This document shows positions 63,045 to 64,000 of a DNA stretch of 64,000 bases, piece after piece. The DNA comes from Octopus sinensis. Taxonomy: Eukaryota. Each line of letters starts with the position of its first letter. Positions within the stretch are counted from its first letter, which is position 1. Under the pieces are notes generated by a model that made no database searches, had not been told where the DNA came from, and saw nothing but the letters and a program-made list of their open reading frames with translations. Location: assembly GCF_006345805.1 (NCBI RefSeq), contig NC_043006.1, forward strand, positions 70,432,001 to 70,496,000, given 5' to 3'. The position numbers and the translations under genes were made by a program.

Positions 63045-64000
63045 ATGTGCACACATGTGTGATATAATGAATGTATTGTGTAGTGTGTGGAGGCACAATG
63101 GCCCAGAGGTTAGGGCAGTGGACTCGCAGTCATAGGATTGCAGTTTCAATTCCCAGACCGGGCGTCGTGAGTGTTTATTGAGTGAAAACACTTAAAGCTC
63201 CATGAGGCTCTGGCAGGGGGTGTTGGCGAACACTGCTGTACTCTTTCACCACGACTTTCTCACTCTTACTTCCTGTTTCTGTTGTACCTGTAATTCAAAG
63301 GGCCAGCCTTGTCACACTCTGTGTCACGCTGAATCCCCTCGAGAACTATGTTAAGGGTACACATGTCTGTGGAGTGCTCAGCTACTTGCATGTTAATTTC
63401 ACAAACAGGCTGTTCTGTTGATTGGATCAAATGGAACCTTCGTCATGTAGCGTGATATGATGTGATATAATATATTTTGTGGTGGGATAATAAGTTTGCC
63501 TTGTGTTGTGACAGCTGATATATTTTGTGTGTATATGATGTAATGAAATGCAATGCATGTGTATCTGATCTAAGTTGTATGGGTGTGTATATGTTGTGTT
63601 GTGATGCAATGTGTTGTATTTGTGTAATATAGTGTTGCAATGTAGTAACTGTATGGAAATTGCAGTTAAGATACCTGTGCCAGTGACATGTAAAAAGCAC
63701 TGTCCGAACGTGGCAGATGCCAGCGCTGCCTGATTGGCGTCCATGTCAGTGACATGTAAAAGCACCAACCGATTGTGGCCATTTGCCAGCCTCCCCTGGC
63801 CCCTGTGCTGGTGGCATGTAAAAAGCACCCACTACACTCATGGAGTTGTTGGCGTTAGGATGGGCATCCTGCTGTAGAAACACTGCCAGAGCAGACTGCA
63901 ACCTGGTGCAGCCTCCTGGCTTCCCAGACCCTGGTCGAACTGTCCAACCCATGCTAGCATGGAAAACGGACGTTAAATGATGATGATGATGATGATGATA

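Noticed and set aside
2437-63952. Most ORFs in the supplied six-frame track ([16 protein letters not shown], poly-I/M/V/H)
   Set aside because: They are translations of TA, TG, TATC and CAT microsatellites or of SINE/LINE UTR sequence; no codon or domain evidence of real genes.

Overview
AT-rich, repeat-saturated eukaryotic DNA. The SINE/LINE/microsatellite repertoire is what I recognise from Octopus (organism assignment is inference). There is no intact long CDS: nearly all ORFs in the supplied track are translated microsatellites or transposon debris. The window is best read as intronic sequence of one unidentified large + strand gene, visible only through splice signals: a 9-nt microexon (28844-28852), a 75-nt in-frame exon that begins with GTAAG (33949-34023), and a textbook AG|GTAAGT recursive-splice (ratchet) site at 56440/56441. 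Mobile DNA includes R4/Dong, RTE and CR1-type LINE remnants, several tRNA-derived SINE families, an autonomous-type Helitron helicase remnant plus two complete non-autonomous Helitrons, mariner and maT remnants, a hAT deletion derivative with TSD, and piggyBac-type MITEs. The most unusual signal is a set of type I hammerhead ribozyme motifs of the minimal Penelope-like kind, from about five unrelated sequence families. These include a fully canonical one at 59026-59093, one inside a perfect 70-bp-arm palindrome (24490-24632), and one carried as the 3' module of a tRNA-headed SINE (copies at ~10.8 kb and ~42 kb). All pairings and alignments were done by eye, and repeat boundaries are approximate unless termini are quoted.
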